A DNA stretch of 24,414 bases from Parachlamydiales bacterium (lineage in GTDB: Bacteria > Chlamydiota > Chlamydiia > Chlamydiales > SM23-39): NCBI GenBank assembly GCA_003151315.1, contig PLXF01000060.1, positions 1 through 24,414 of the forward strand. The letters run 5' to 3'. A program made the translations under genes and the position numbers. Positions 1-10,578 of this stretch are shown piece after piece (within the stretch, counting starts at the first letter, position 1; the number at the start of each line of letters is the position of its first letter). Under the pieces are notes generated by a model. That model was given only the letters and a program-made list of their open reading frames with translations, had not been told where the DNA came from and searched no databases.

Positions 1-321
1 AAAAGAGTGAGATGCTTTAAAGTTCTCGGCGGTACAAGAAAACGGTATGCCCGCGTTGGTGATATCATTGTCTGTGCGGTTAAAGAAGCAGACCCCAAAG
101 GCGCTGTGAAAAAGGGCGATGTCGTGAAGGCTGTCGTGGTCCGAACGAGAGGTTACATCCGTAGAAACGACGGATCGCTGCTCCGCTTTTATGACAATAG
201 CTGCGTGATCATCGATGATAAAAACAATCCCCGAGGAACTCGTATCTTTGGACCCATAGCCCGCGAAGTTCGCGATGGCGGGTTCGTAAAGATCAGCTCC
301 CTCGCACCGGAAGTCATATAG
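1..321 (+). CDS. rplN: 50S ribosomal protein L14 (5'-truncated by window)
   Basis: Frame 1 reads [11 protein letters not shown]...[15 protein letters not shown]...DNSCVIID...[14 protein letters not shown]...[10 protein letters not shown], which is typical L14. The true start lies upstream of the window. Confidence 0.98.
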   Translation, partial: KRVRCFKVLGGTRKRYARVGDIIVCAVKEADPKGAVKKGDVVKAVVVRTRGYIRRNDGSLLRFYDNSCVIIDDKNNPRGTRIFGPIAREVRDGGFVKISSLAPEVI

Positions 322-332
322 GAAGAGGAAAC

Positions 333-665
333 ATGAGCAAGTGGATTCGCAAGGGCGATCAAGTGGTAGTCATCGCCGGCAACAATAAAGGCAAGACAGG
401 ACAAGTTCTGTCACGCACAGAAGAGCGCGTTTTAGTGCAAGGGGTCAATATCCGCAAGAAACACTTGCGTAAAACCCAAGAGTCACAAGGCGGCCGCATT
501 GTTGAGATGGAAGTGCCCATACACATATCGAACGTAAACCTCTGTGATAAAGAGGGTAAAGCCTTCCGCGTTCGCGTTAGAAATAGCGCAGAGAACGGCC
601 GCGAGTTAGTTTATAAAGCTGGCGGCGAGGAAATTGGCCACCGTTCGGTCAAAAAACAAGCGTAG
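333..665 (+). CDS. rplX: 50S ribosomal protein L24
   Basis: KOW motif IRKGDQVVVIAGNNKGKTG, plus VQGVNIRKKH and PIHISNV. Position in the spc operon. Confidence 0.97.
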   Translation: MSKWIRKGDQVVVIAGNNKGKTGQVLSRTEERVLVQGVNIRKKHLRKTQESQGGRIVEMEVPIHISNVNLCDKEGKAFRVRVRNSAENGRELVYKAGGEEIGHRSVKKQA

Positions 666-674
666 AGAGAGACC

Positions 675-1208
675 ATGTCGAGATTACAAGAAAAATTAAA
701 AAAAGTTATCGTACCAGAGATACTGTCTCGCCACCCTGAGAGAAATCCCATGGAGACGCCTGTTCTGAAAAAAATTGTGATCAGCATGGGACTTGGAGAA
801 GCTTTAAAAGATAAAAATGCTCTACAGGAGCATAGTGATGAGCTCTCCTTAATCAGCGGACAGAAACCTGTGGTAACCCGATCGAAGAAAGCGATTTCGA
901 ACTTTAAACTGCGAGAAAATCAGCCTGTAGGCTTGATGGTCACATTACGCGGTAAAAGAATGTTTGATTTCTTGGATCGTTTCTGCAATATTAGCTCTCC
1001 TCGTATCCGAGACTTCCGCGGATTTACTCCAAAAGGAGATGGTCGAGGTAATTTTAATTTTGGATTGAACGACCAGCAGATTTTTCCGGAAGTAAACCTA
1101 GACAAAGTAAAAAGAACGCAAGGGATGAACATCACAATTGTGACTACAGCCAAAACCGATGCCGACTGCGTCGAGCTTTTGACCTTGTTAGGCTTCCCCT
1201 TTAAGTAA
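675..1208 (+). CDS. rplE: 50S ribosomal protein L5
   Basis: [58 protein letters not shown]. Confidence 0.98.
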   Translation: MSRLQEKLKKVIVPEILSRHPERNPMETPVLKKIVISMGLGEALKDKNALQEHSDELSLISGQKPVVTRSKKAISNFKLRENQPVGLMVTLRGKRMFDFLDRFCNISSPRIRDFRGFTPKGDGRGNFNFGLNDQQIFPEVNLDKVKRTQGMNITIVTTAKTDADCVELLTLLGFPFK

Positions 1209-1227
1209 GTGACGGAGAGAATAAAAC

Positions 1228-1620
1228 ATGGCATTTAATGATCCCATTGCTGAGCTTTTAACTAAGATTCGCAATGCTAAAGACGCTCAACACCGCTTTG
1301 TCGATATGAGCCGTAGCAAGATGAAAGTGAAATTACTTGAAATCCTGAGAGATCAAGGTTTTATCGAAAATTTCCTTGTCAACGAAGAGCAACATAAGAT
1401 CCGGGTGTTTTTGCGATATAACAAAACCCGTGAGCCTGTGATCCGCGGATTGAAGCGTGAGTCTAAGTGTGGACTTCGCCGCTATATAGGACATCAGGAG
1501 ATACCCAATGTGTTCAACGGAATGGGTATCGCTATTCTGTCCACCTCCAAAGGTGTCATGGTTGGTAAATCAGCGCGCGACCTGAAAGTGGGCGGCGAGC
1601 TGCTTTGTACTGTTTGGTAA
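1228..1620 (+). CDS. rpsH: 30S ribosomal protein S8
   Basis: DPIAELLTKIRNA at the N-terminus and GIAILSTSKGVM...VGGELLCTVW at the C-terminus. Confidence 0.98.
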   Translation: MAFNDPIAELLTKIRNAKDAQHRFVDMSRSKMKVKLLEILRDQGFIENFLVNEEQHKIRVFLRYNKTREPVIRGLKRESKCGLRRYIGHQEIPNVFNGMGIAILSTSKGVMVGKSARDLKVGGELLCTVW

Positions 1621-1637
1621 GATAGAGGTTTATTTAT

Positions 1638-2186
1638 ATGTCAAGACTCGGAAAGACGCCACTTCAGATTCCCAAGGGCGTAGAAGTGAAAGCTGACAAA
1701 GACGGCCATTTGAGTTTTAAAGGCCCTAAAGGGACGCTTGAAATGACTCTCCCGAAGGGTTTGACCCTGAAAGTGCAAGGGGAAGAGATCCTGCTCGAAA
1801 GAGATGAGAAAGAGATGCCCGCGAAAGCGATGCACGGTCTATTTCGCTCCCTGGTCAAAAACAACATGATTGGCGTTACGGATGGATTTGAAGTTAAGCT
1901 TATCCTGATTGGCGTTGGATACCGCGCTGCAGCACAAGGCAATAAGCTCGACCTTTCTCTCGGCTATTCGCACCCTACGAGCGTCGAAATTCCTAAGTCG
2001 CTTCAAATTACAATTGAAAAAGGGACAGCGATTACAATTAAGGGTTCAGATAAGCGCGAAGTGGGGCAATTTGCCGCCTCTGTTCGAGCGATGAAACCTC
2101 CAGAGCCTTATAAAGGTAAGGGGATTCGCTACGAAAACGAGTTCGTGCGTAAGAAAGATGGTAAAGCTGCTAAAGGAAAAGCATAA
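1638..2186 (+). CDS. rplF: 50S ribosomal protein L6
   Basis: MSRLGKTP, GVGYRA, LSLGYSHP, PPEPYKGKGIRY. Confidence 0.98.
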   Translation: MSRLGKTPLQIPKGVEVKADKDGHLSFKGPKGTLEMTLPKGLTLKVQGEEILLERDEKEMPAKAMHGLFRSLVKNNMIGVTDGFEVKLILIGVGYRAAAQGNKLDLSLGYSHPTSVEIPKSLQITIEKGTAITIKGSDKREVGQFAASVRAMKPPEPYKGKGIRYENEFVRKKDGKAAKGKA

Positions 2187-2188
2187 TT

Positions 2189-2542
2189 ATGGATAACTCA
2201 CTGACCAGAAGAAAAAGAGCCCGCGCTTCCCGCCTCATGCGCGTTCGCAAGACCCTAAAAGGTTCTGCTACGAAGCCCAGACTCTCTGTATTTAAAAGCA
2301 ATCAGCACATTTATGCCCAGATCATCGATGATGAGAGGGGAGTTACAATAGCAGGCTATGGAACTCCATCCATTAAGGCTCGCAAATCGAAAGATTCGGC
2401 GCGCCAAATTGGGTTGATGATTGCAGAACTCGCAAAAAAAAATAACGTAACGGCGGTTGTATTCGATCGTGGTTGCTCTAAATATCACGGCGTTGTCGCT
2501 GAGCTGGCTCAAGCCGCTCGCGAAGCCGGATTGCAATTTTAA
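2189..2542 (+). CDS. rplR: 50S ribosomal protein L18
   Basis: PRLSVFKSNQHIYAQIIDD, VVFDRG...YHG...AREAGLQF. Confidence 0.97.
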   Translation: MDNSLTRRKRARASRLMRVRKTLKGSATKPRLSVFKSNQHIYAQIIDDERGVTIAGYGTPSIKARKSKDSARQIGLMIAELAKKNNVTAVVFDRGCSKYHGVVAELAQAAREAGLQF

Positions 2543-2558
2543 AGGCAGGAATTAAATA

Positions 2559-3065
2559 ATGGCAAAGCAACCAGAGAAAAAACGCCAAGAAGATTTCGGC
2601 ACAGAATTCGAAGAGAAAGTACTCTACATCAATCGCTGCTCGAAAGTTGTTAAGGGCGGAAGAAAATTTAGTTTCTCTGCGCTAATTCTTGTAGGCGACA
2701 GCCAGGGCCATGTGGGCTTCGGATTTGCGAAAGCAAACGAAGTTTCCGACGCTATCCGCAAGGGATCAGAAGCCGCAAGAAAGAACATCATCACCATTGA
2801 GATGGAAGGATCGACGATTCCACACGAAATTTATGTTGAGTGGGATGGATCTAAACTTCTCTTGAAACCGGCTCCGGAAGGAACGGGCGTTGTTGCGGGT
2901 TCCAAAGTCCGATCGGTTCTCGAGCTTGGCGGTGTAAAAGACATCATTGCTAAAAGCCTCGGATCGAATAACCCTTTGAATCAGGTGAAAGCCACTTTCA
3001 AAGCGTTTGGTCAACTGAGAAATAGAGAGAAAGCTCTCGCAGAACGGAGATCTCACCATGCTTAA
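2559..3065 (+). CDS. rpsE: 30S ribosomal protein S5
   Basis: INRCSKVVKGGRKFSFSALILVGD, KPAPEGTGVVAG, KSLGSNNP. Confidence 0.98.
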   Translation: MAKQPEKKRQEDFGTEFEEKVLYINRCSKVVKGGRKFSFSALILVGDSQGHVGFGFAKANEVSDAIRKGSEAARKNIITIEMEGSTIPHEIYVEWDGSKLLLKPAPEGTGVVAGSKVRSVLELGGVKDIIAKSLGSNNPLNQVKATFKAFGQLRNREKALAERRSHHA

Positions 3066-3513
3066 TCTAGCCGAACTACAAAATACCTCCCGTCCTAAGA
3101 AAAAAATCCAGCGCGTAGGTCGCGGTGTAGGCTCTGGCCGCGGTAAAACATCTTGCCGAGGCTCTAAAGGGGACGGTTCCCGTTCCGGTTATAAGCGCCG
3201 TTACGGATATGAAGGGGGACAAGTTCCTCTCTATCGTAAACTGCCTATCCGTGGATTTACTCGTGGACGCTTCATTAAGGCCTCCTATGCTGTTACGTTT
3301 TCGCTCATTGAGCATAACTATGAAGATGGCGAAGTGGTCAACATGGCGACCTTAAGAGAAAAAGGGCTGATTCCCCGCAGATTGCCTGGAGGAATCAAAG
3401 TTCTTTTTACAGGAGATCTCACTAAGAAAGTGACGATCGAAGCTAACGGATTTTCAGAAGCGGCTATCCGCAATCTGGAAGAGAAAAAGATTTCTTATAC
3501 AGTAGTTGAATAA
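3058..3513 (+). CDS. rplO: 50S ribosomal protein L15
   Basis: RVGRGVGSGRGKTSCRGSKG...RSG and YEGGQVPLYRKLPIRGF. Confidence 0.97.
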   Translation: MLNLAELQNTSRPKKKIQRVGRGVGSGRGKTSCRGSKGDGSRSGYKRRYGYEGGQVPLYRKLPIRGFTRGRFIKASYAVTFSLIEHNYEDGEVVNMATLREKGLIPRRLPGGIKVLFTGDLTKKVTIEANGFSEAAIRNLEEKKISYTVVE

Positions 3514-3529
3514 ACGAAAGTGATAAATC

Positions 3530-4900
3530 ATGATCGATGCGATCAAGCGTGTTTTTGCCATCTCTGAGCTAAGAAGTAAGATCATCTATACGTTGATTTT
3601 GCTGGTAGTTTGCCGTATAGGGGCTTATATCCCTGTTCCCGGCATCAATGGCGAAGCAGCCATAAACCTGTTTAAATTCGCGACTGGCGGAGGACAAAAC
3701 CTCTTCCAACTCGTAGATATTTTTTCAGGGGGAGCTTTTGCTAAGATGACATTGCTGGCTTTGGGTGTTATGCCCTATATCCAAGCCTCGATCATCTTGC
3801 AACTCTTGATCGCACTGATTCCATCACTCCAACGAGAAATTCGGGAAAGCCCAGACCAAGGGCGTCGCAAACTGTCTAAATGGACCCGCACCTCAACGCT
3901 CCTTTTCGGATTGATGCAGTCGGGCCTTTTTGCCAAGTATGCGATCTCTGTTAACCATTCAAGTCCCGGGATCATCATCTCTGAGATCATGGACGTCCAA
4001 GCTTTTGGCTTCCCCTGGCTGTTCTACCTGATCGTTATGTTTTCTATGACGACGGGTACCCTGCTCCTTATGTGGATCGGAGAGCAGATTTCAGAAAAAG
4101 GGATCGGCAACGGAATTAGCTTAATTATTGCGATCGGTATTATCTCCTCATTCCCTAGCACGATTGGATCGATTATCCAGCAATTAAACCTCGAATCACA
4201 AGAGGCGGGACAACTGACTTTCGTCTCCTTGATTGTACTTGCAGCCCTATTTGTATTTATCATTATTGGGACGATCCTCGTCATACAAGGGCAAAGGCGC
4301 GTTCCCCTCCAATACGCAAGAAGAATCGTGGGACGGCATGAAGTGCAAGGGGGATCATCCCATATTCCGCTTAAGGTCAACTATTCTGGTGTTATTCCTG
4401 TAATTTTTGCGAGCTCTCTCTTGATGTTCCCCGCCACTATCGGGCAATTTCTAGGGAAGGGAACCTGGCTTGGCCAGCTCTCAAACTATTTTTTACCCGG
4501 CGGTTGGATCTATACAATTATGTACGTCCTTCTCATCCTCTTTTTCACCTATTTTTGGACCGCTACCCAATTTAAGCCGGAGCAAATTGCCTCCGATATG
4601 AAGAAAAACGGCGCCTTTATACCAGGCATCCGACAGGGGAGACCCACACAAGATTACCTAGAGACAACCATGAGCCGAATTACCTTTGCTGGGGCGATAT
4701 TTTTAGCGATCATCGCTATCCTTCCCAACTTGGTAGGCCGACTCATGGGAGTAGATGCCAATATCAGCCAGTTTTTTGGCGGGACATCGCTCTTGATCTT
4801 GGTAGGAGTTATTTTAGATACGACCAAACAAATTGAGTCTCACCTACTTATGAAACGCTATGATGGCTTCATGACTAAGGGCCGGCTACGAGGGCGATAA
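3530..4900 (+). CDS. secY: Preprotein translocase subunit SecY
   Basis: About 10 hydrophobic segments, with [39 protein letters not shown] and [13 protein letters not shown]. Confidence 0.98.
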   Translation: MIDAIKRVFAISELRSKIIYTLILLVVCRIGAYIPVPGINGEAAINLFKFATGGGQNLFQLVDIFSGGAFAKMTLLALGVMPYIQASIILQLLIALIPSLQREIRESPDQGRRKLSKWTRTSTLLFGLMQSGLFAKYAISVNHSSPGIIISEIMDVQAFGFPWLFYLIVMFSMTTGTLLLMWIGEQISEKGIGNGISLIIAIGIISSFPSTIGSIIQQLNLESQEAGQLTFVSLIVLAALFVFIIIGTILVIQGQRRVPLQYARRIVGRHEVQGGSSHIPLKVNYSGVIPVIFASSLLMFPATIGQFLGKGTWLGQLSNYFLPGGWIYTIMYVLLILFFTYFWTATQFKPEQIASDMKKNGAFIPGIRQGRPTQDYLETTMSRITFAGAIFLAIIAILPNLVGRLMGVDANISQFFGGTSLLILVGVILDTTKQIESHLLMKRYDGFMTKGRLRGR

Positions 4901-4961
4901 GCCATTGTGATTTAAACAGTTCGTGTGTTAATTTATTAGGGACACAAAGAAGAAGGAAACC

Positions 4962-5330
4962 ATGCCAAGAGTTATAGGAATAGACATTCCAGACAATAAA
5001 CGATTAGAAATCAGTTTGACCTATATTTATGGAATCGGCCGAACGCTTTCCAACCAGATTATCGAAAAACTCAGACTGAACAAAAATATGCGTGCTCGCG
5101 AACTGAACGAAGATCAGGTCGCCAGCTTAAACGCCATTTTGCAATCTGAGTATGAGGTTGAAGGGGACCTTCGCCGACAAGTACAAAATAACATCAAGCG
5201 ATTGATCGGCATCCATTGCTATCGCGGCATGCGCCATCGCTTGGGATTGCCTGTACGTGGTCAAAGAACCAGAACGAATGCCCGTACTCGCAAAGGCAAG
5301 AGAAAAACCGTTGCCAACAAGAAAATCTAA
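4962..5330 (+). CDS. rpsM: 30S ribosomal protein S13
   Basis: [35 protein letters not shown]. Confidence 0.98.
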   Translation: MPRVIGIDIPDNKRLEISLTYIYGIGRTLSNQIIEKLRLNKNMRARELNEDQVASLNAILQSEYEVEGDLRRQVQNNIKRLIGIHCYRGMRHRLGLPVRGQRTRTNARTRKGKRKTVANKKI

Positions 5331-5346
5331 ATAGGAGATCCGACCC

Positions 5347-5763
5347 TTGGCTAAGCAAGATCAAAAAGCGCCTCCAAAAAAAGCTGGAGTTCGCGTAAAA
5401 AAGAAAAATCAGCGTACGGTTCCATCGGGGATTGCGCACGTCAAAGCGACGTTTAACAACACGATTGTTTCCATCACCGATTTAGCGGGTAACGTTATCT
5501 CCTGGTCGTCAGCCGGTAAGGCGAACTTTTCAGGCTCTCGTAAATCATCCGCTTTTGCAGCGACAGTGGCTGCACAGACTGCTGCTAAAGAGGCGATGGC
5601 TGTTGGAATGAAAGAGTGCGAAGTGAATTTGAATGGACCTGGCGCGGGGCGTGAATCAGCTGTCCGCGGACTGCAAAGCGCAGGGATGTCCATTACGATC
5701 ATCCACGATAAGACCCCTGTACCGCACAACGGCTGCAGACCGCGCAAAAGAAGACGCGTATAA
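5347..5763 (+). CDS. rpsK: 30S ribosomal protein S11 (TTG start)
   Basis: [48 protein letters not shown]. An AGGAG RBS lies upstream of the TTG. Confidence 0.98.
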   Translation: MAKQDQKAPPKKAGVRVKKKNQRTVPSGIAHVKATFNNTIVSITDLAGNVISWSSAGKANFSGSRKSSAFAATVAAQTAAKEAMAVGMKECEVNLNGPGAGRESAVRGLQSAGMSITIIHDKTPVPHNGCRPRKRRRV

Positions 5764-5790
5764 GAAACGTTTGAGTAGAGGAGTCCTAGT

Positions 5791-6888
5791 ATGCCCGTCA
5801 AGTATGGCAAATTTGAAATGCCGGACAAAATTAAATTGGATGAAGCAAGTCAAACGGCTACTTTCGCCCGCTTTGTAGTAGAACCTTTCGAAAGAGGGTT
5901 TGGACATACAGTCGGCAACGCGTTGAGAAGGATGATGTTGGCCTCTTTAGAAGCCCCTGCTATCCTCTCTATTAGAATCGAGGGGATTCCCCACGAGTAT
6001 ATGGCGAGCGAAGGGATTGTCCAGGACATGACCCACATCGTATTGAATTTGAAAGGGGCTCTCTTACGCCGCGTTAGCTTAAGCGATGACATGCATCCTC
6101 GCGATATGAAGCTCATTACTAAAAATTTAGAGATCACTGAAGAGATGCTGGAAAAAGGGGGCGGGGAAGTTAAAGTCACGCTTAAAGACCTGATTTCACA
6201 TAATGAGTTTGATGTTGTCAATCCAGAGCACCATCTGTTCACGGTCACTAAGCCGATGTCGAGACGAGTTGACTTGCGCGTAGCTTATGGACGGGGATAT
6301 GTCCCTTCTGAGCGCCACACATTTGAGCGCCAAATCGACGAGATCGTAATCGACACCTGCTTTTCACCTGTAAGACTCGTGAACTACTACGTAGAAAACA
6401 CACGGGTAGGACAAGATACTGACTTTGATCGATTGATTTTGGAAGTGACTACCGACGGACGAGTCTCTCCAGTAGAAGCTCTCACGTTTGCTTCGCAGAT
6501 CGGCATTCTCCATTTCCAAGTATTCGATTTGGTCAAAACGCACATGATCTATTTCGACAAAGGGGAAGCCCAAGTGAATCGAGATCGAGACGAGATTCTC
6601 CAAAAGCTAGCTCTCAAAATCAATGAGATTGAGCTTTCGGTTCGCTCGACCAACTGCTTGGCAAATGCGAATATCGATACGATTGGCGAACTTGTCGTTA
6701 TGCCAGAATCTGAAATGCTCAGATTCCGTAACTTTGGTAAGAAATCTCTCACAGAGATTAAGCAAAAACTCGATGAATTAGAACTGTCCCTAGGGATGGA
6801 TTTGTCCAAATATGGGATCAATCGGGATAATATCAAAACAGTTATCCACAACTATAACTTAGAAAAAGCGGAAAGCGTAGAAGTATGA
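5791..6888 (+). CDS. rpoA: DNA-directed RNA polymerase subunit alpha
   Basis: [35 protein letters not shown], and [13 protein letters not shown]...[12 protein letters not shown]. Confidence 0.98.
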   Translation: MPVKYGKFEMPDKIKLDEASQTATFARFVVEPFERGFGHTVGNALRRMMLASLEAPAILSIRIEGIPHEYMASEGIVQDMTHIVLNLKGALLRRVSLSDDMHPRDMKLITKNLEITEEMLEKGGGEVKVTLKDLISHNEFDVVNPEHHLFTVTKPMSRRVDLRVAYGRGYVPSERHTFERQIDEIVIDTCFSPVRLVNYYVENTRVGQDTDFDRLILEVTTDGRVSPVEALTFASQIGILHFQVFDLVKTHMIYFDKGEAQVNRDRDEILQKLALKINEIELSVRSTNCLANANIDTIGELVVMPESEMLRFRNFGKKSLTEIKQKLDELELSLGMDLSKYGINRDNIKTVIHNYNLEKAESVEV

Positions 6889-7310
6889 GACACGGAAAAC
6901 ACACATTTAAAGTAGGCCGGACAGGATCTCATCGTCGTTGCATGTTGGCTAACATGCTGAAGTCGCTCATCGAAAATGAGCGGATTAGTACGACGGTAGT
7001 GAAGGCGAAAGAACTTCGCCGCCACGCAGAGCGCCTCATCACAATGGCCAAGAAAAATACAGTAGCCTCCCGACGTAATGCGATTGCCGAGCTGATGGTC
7101 ACATACAACTCGCTAACGCATAAAGAGGCTCGATTGGTCAAGAAAGGAGACAAGAGTTCTTTTTCTCGCGACCGTATCGTTATCGATAAGCTGTTTGGCG
7201 AACTGGGCATCCGCTTCGTTGGACGAAACGGAGGATACACCCGTATTATCCGAACCGCTGATCGAATTGGCGATAGCGCCCCTACTTGCTATATCGAATA
7301 TCTCAAGTAA
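6885..7310 (+). CDS. rplQ: 50S ribosomal protein L17
   Basis: MRHGK...[35 protein letters not shown] overlap with rpoA. Confidence 0.98.
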   Translation: MRHGKHTFKVGRTGSHRRCMLANMLKSLIENERISTTVVKAKELRRHAERLITMAKKNTVASRRNAIAELMVTYNSLTHKEARLVKKGDKSSFSRDRIVIDKLFGELGIRFVGRNGGYTRIIRTADRIGDSAPTCYIEYLK

Positions 7311-7324
7311 TTCTTAACGTCTTG

Positions 7325-7364
7325 AAAACCACCTGTTTGAATCATTTTCAAACAAGTGGTTTTT
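7325..7364 (+). terminator. Rho-independent terminator after rplQ
   Basis: AAAACCACCTGTTTGA-atcattt-TCAAACAAGTGGTTTT: 16-bp stem with one mismatch, ending in a T run. Confidence 0.8.
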
Positions 7365-7369
7365 GTCTC

Positions 7370-7398
7370 TTTACATCCGTATATTTTTCGAGTATGCT
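7370..7398 (+). promoter_or_regulatory. Putative sigma66/sigma70-type promoter of gapA
   Basis: TTTACA (7370-7375), 17-nt spacer, TATGCT (7393-7398), 22 nt upstream of the gapA ATG. Confidence 0.6.
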
Positions 7399-7420
7399 AC
7401 CCCCTTTTAGGGACTAACAC

Positions 7421-8428
7421 ATGGTCAAGCGAATAGCGATTAACGGATTTGGCCGGATTGGACGACTAGTTTTGCGCCAGTCGCTAAAAAGCAGCTCTAT
7501 AGAAGTCGTCGCCATTAACGATCTTGTCCCTGCCGATAACCTAGCCTACCTCTTTAAACACGATACTGTTCACCGTACCTACCCAAAACCTGTCTCTTCT
7601 GAGGGAAATCATCTCCTTATCGACGGGAAAAAAATTATAGTTACGGCTGAAAAGGATCCCACTCTTCTTCCGTGGAAAGAGTTAAATATCGATTATGTCG
7701 TTGAATCGACAGGCCGTTTCACTCAGCGCGAAGGCGCTCTAAAGCATATTGAAGCGGGAGCGCGCCGCGTTCTGATTAGCGCTCCCACTAAAGACGATAT
7801 CCCCACCTATGTGATGGGGGTAAATCACACACACTTTAATCCAAGTCTGGACGTTGTAGTCAACAATGCCTCTTGCACAACAAATTGTTTAGCCCCTTTA
7901 TGTAAAGTTTTAATGGACAATTTCGGCATTGAAGAAGGTTTGATGACGACCGTCCATTCCCTTACAGCAAGCCAACCGACCGTTGATGGCCCATCTCACA
8001 AAGATTGGCGCGGTGGGCGAGCGGCGAGCATGAATATTATCCCAGCTACGACTGGGGCGGCCAAAGCGGTGACGCTCTGTTTACCTGAATTAAAAGGAAA
8101 GCTAACCGGAATGGCCTTTAGAGTTCCTACTCCCGATGTATCCGCTGTAGATCTTACAGTTCGACTTATGCGCGATACAACGTACGAGGAGATTGGCAAC
8201 GCTATGGATGCCGCATCAAAGACAAACCTCAAAGGCATCCTGACAACGACGGACGAGCAATTGGTCTCTTCCGATTTTATCGGCACCACCTACTCTTGTA
8301 TTTACGACAAGCTGGCAGGGATTGCTCTGAACCGTCGCTTTTATAAATTGATTGCATGGTACGACAACGAAATGGGGTATTCCCAGAGAGTGGTCGACCT
8401 GCTGGAGTACATGGCCTCGAAAGAATGA
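7421..8428 (+). CDS. gapA: Glyceraldehyde-3-phosphate dehydrogenase (type I)
   Basis: INGFGRIGR, catalytic [28 protein letters not shown]. Confidence 0.98.
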   Translation: MVKRIAINGFGRIGRLVLRQSLKSSSIEVVAINDLVPADNLAYLFKHDTVHRTYPKPVSSEGNHLLIDGKKIIVTAEKDPTLLPWKELNIDYVVESTGRFTQREGALKHIEAGARRVLISAPTKDDIPTYVMGVNHTHFNPSLDVVVNNASCTTNCLAPLCKVLMDNFGIEEGLMTTVHSLTASQPTVDGPSHKDWRGGRAASMNIIPATTGAAKAVTLCLPELKGKLTGMAFRVPTPDVSAVDLTVRLMRDTTYEEIGNAMDAASKTNLKGILTTTDEQLVSSDFIGTTYSCIYDKLAGIALNRRFYKLIAWYDNEMGYSQRVVDLLEYMASKE

Positions 8429-8485
8429 AAACAGCACTCTTGCCGCTACTCCATTTTAACAACCCTTTAAATTACGGTAATTCCA

Positions 8486-9226
8486 GTGAATTTTACACGA
8501 GAACCTATCATCGAGACAGTCATCACCCCCCGAGAAGGGTGCAAGCTTGTCGTTCGCAGCAGCAAAGGGAACGGACAAGAAGATTACTTCGTAGACGCAG
8601 TGGAAGTGGTCTCTTTTGGTCACTCCTTCTTCTTCCGTTCGCTAAAGCGTCCTAAATCCTTTATTGTCCCGGTTAGCGACTACGAAATCCTCGAGCTCAA
8701 AGAGACGCGGATGGTACTGAAAAACGTAGCGACTGAGCGTTCGATCAAGATTGGTGGCGGCAGAGATGCCCCCCGTCCTCGCGAACCGATGGAAGAGCGC
8801 GTTCATGAAGAGCCCCAGGCCCTCCAAGAAGGGGAGCAGCCCGCTCCGCCTCCAGTGGATCGGAAGAGGGATAAACGGCGCCGTGGCCGACGATCTGGAC
8901 GTGACCGGCAAGATCAGCCTCCCGAGCACAGAATGGTCCCCCGAACCTCTGAAGAGGGCGTTCAGGAAGGAGAAGAGGTGCATGCGAAAGAGCCTATGGC
9001 AGAAGAGGTCAAAGCCCCTTCGTTTATTTCGAAGCTGTTCCCACCGCCTCCGACCCTTATTAGAGATACTCTAAGTCGCTATAAAACAACCGAGTCGGTA
9101 GGGGAAGACCCCTTCGCTACACCTCGGGAAGAAAAAGCGCCTAGCCATTTTGACGAATCGGTATTTGACGAGCCGATAGCGCCGAAACACCCCGAGCCGA
9201 CAGAGGACGAAGAAGACCGCCCATAG
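8486..9226 (+). CDS. grgA: Chlamydia-specific transcription factor GrgA homologue (CT504 family), GTG start
   Basis: The N-terminus MNFTREPIIETVITPREGCKL...VEVVSFG...FIVPVSDYEILE matches my recollection of CT504/GrgA. It also has a basic central patch (RKRDKRRRGRR), a PPPPTLI motif and an acidic tail. It follows gapA as CT504 follows CT505. Confidence 0.85.
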   Translation: MNFTREPIIETVITPREGCKLVVRSSKGNGQEDYFVDAVEVVSFGHSFFFRSLKRPKSFIVPVSDYEILELKETRMVLKNVATERSIKIGGGRDAPRPREPMEERVHEEPQALQEGEQPAPPPVDRKRDKRRRGRRSGRDRQDQPPEHRMVPRTSEEGVQEGEEVHAKEPMAEEVKAPSFISKLFPPPPTLIRDTLSRYKTTESVGEDPFATPREEKAPSHFDESVFDEPIAPKHPEPTEDEEDRP

Positions 9227-9230
9227 ATCT

Positions 9231-9265
9231 GAAAGGAGCGAGCCTTTTTCAAGGCTAGCTCTTTC
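9231..9265 (+). terminator. Probable terminator hairpin after grgA
   Basis: GAGC-g-AGCCTT-tttc-AAGGCT-a-GCTC followed by a short TTTC. Confidence 0.55.
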
Positions 9266-9278
9266 GGATAAAGGGGTC

Positions 9279-9308
9279 TTGCATCTTTTCCCCCCTTTCT
9301 TTTACAAT
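9279..9308 (+). promoter_or_regulatory. Putative promoter of tRNA-Leu
   Basis: TTGCAT (9279-9284), 18-nt spacer, TACAAT (9303-9308), 9 nt before the tRNA 5' end. Confidence 0.65.
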
Positions 9309-9317
9309 AATTCCTCT

Positions 9318-9400
<83 letters not shown>

Positions 9401-9507
9401 TCCTTATAATGAATGAGTTATGTAATGTTGCATAACCTCCTAACAACTGATGCAAACCGCTGTGGGCCAAATCTGGGTCACAGCGCAAGAAGTTGGAGGT
9501 TTTACAC

Positions 9508-10578
9508 ATGGCGTATATTGAAACGAGAAGGCACCCCGATGGGTCGAAGACTTATCGCGTACGGATTAGACGTAAGGGGATGCCTGACAAATCAGAAACT
9601 TTTTTCTGCAAATCCAAAGCGCAAGCTTGGGGGCGGAAAAAAGAAGCGGAAGTCTGTGATAAACGGCACTTTCCTCGAAAGGAAGACGAAGAGAGGACAT
9701 TTGCGGATCTCATAGATAAATACATTGGGGTTGAGCTTCCGAAAAAGCCCAAGAGCTACAAGAAGCAGTCTATGCAGCTACTTTGGTTCAAGCGACAGCT
9801 TGGCGACTATTTTTTGGTTTATATTACGACTCCTATGATTGCTGAGCTGAGAGACAAACTCCTTTCTGAGAAACTTCCCAGAGGTAGTAAACGAACTTCC
9901 TCTACTACGAATCGATATCTTGCAGCTCTGAGTCATGTCTACACGGTTGCTGTGAAAGACTGGGGTTGGGTTAATGAGAATCCTGTTCTCAACGTTCGGC
10001 GACCAAGAGAGAACAAGGCAAGAGAACGATTTTTAGAAAAGCATGAGATCGAGTGTCTATTAGGTGACTGTTCAAAAAGCAAAAGTGCCTATATTTATCC
10101 CGTGGTTTTCTTAGCATTAGCTACAGGAGCGAGAAAGGGAGAGCTTCTTGCTCTTAAATGGAGTGACATCGATTTCGCCAGAGCAAGGTTGACGTTTCGC
10201 GATACCAAGAATGGAGAATCTCGATCGATTCATTTGAGCAAACAGTCAATGAAGTGCCTCGAGATGGAAAAATCGAAGAGGGTGATATTTAGCGAATATG
10301 TCTTTCCTACCCGTGATGGGAAGAGGCCCGCTGATATTAAAACTGCTTGGGAGGCTGCTGTAAAGCACGCGAACTTAAGTATCTGTTTTCACACGTTGAG
10401 GCACACGGCAGCTAGTCAATTGGCGATGCGTGGGGCTACTTTACTAGAGCTGGCCGCCATTCTCGGACATAAAACTTTGGCTATGGTAAAAAGGTATAGC
10501 CATTTATCTGTTGCTGCGACAGCTGGCGCTCTTGATCGGATGAATGAAGACTTGCTGGAAGGATCTATATATGCGTGA
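9508..10578 (+). CDS. Tyrosine recombinase / phage-type integrase (356 aa from ATG 9508)
   Basis: Full catalytic set: TGARKGE (R), FRDTKNG (K), FHTLRH (H-x-x-R), LGHK (H), KRYSH (Y). It has an N-terminal arm-binding-like region. A GGAGG RBS precedes ATG 9508, which I prefer to the TTG at 9493. Confidence 0.93.
   Translation: MAYIETRRHPDGSKTYRVRIRRKGMPDKSETFFCKSKAQAWGRKKEAEVCDKRHFPRKEDEERTFADLIDKYIGVELPKKPKSYKKQSMQLLWFKRQLGDYFLVYITTPMIAELRDKLLSEKLPRGSKRTSSTTNRYLAALSHVYTVAVKDWGWVNENPVLNVRRPRENKARERFLEKHEIECLLGDCSKSKSAYIYPVVFLALATGARKGELLALKWSDIDFARARLTFRDTKNGESRSIHLSKQSMKCLEMEKSKRVIFSEYVFPTRDGKRPADIKTAWEAAVKHANLSICFHTLRHTAASQLAMRGATLLELAAILGHKTLAMVKRYSHLSVAATAGALDRMNEDLLEGSIYA

Noticed and set aside
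4905-4934. Internal alpha-operon promoter in the secY-rpsM gap (TTGTGA ... TAATTT)
   Set aside because: The match is too weak in AT-rich DNA to call without TSS data.
189-9100. Many antisense or alternate-frame ORFs over ribosomal genes, secY, rpoA, gapA and grgA (e.g. 920-1234, 4024-4380, 5409-5828, 5850-6248, 8356-8655)
   Set aside because: They are shadow ORFs fully overlapping highly conserved genes, with no recognisable motifs or RBS.
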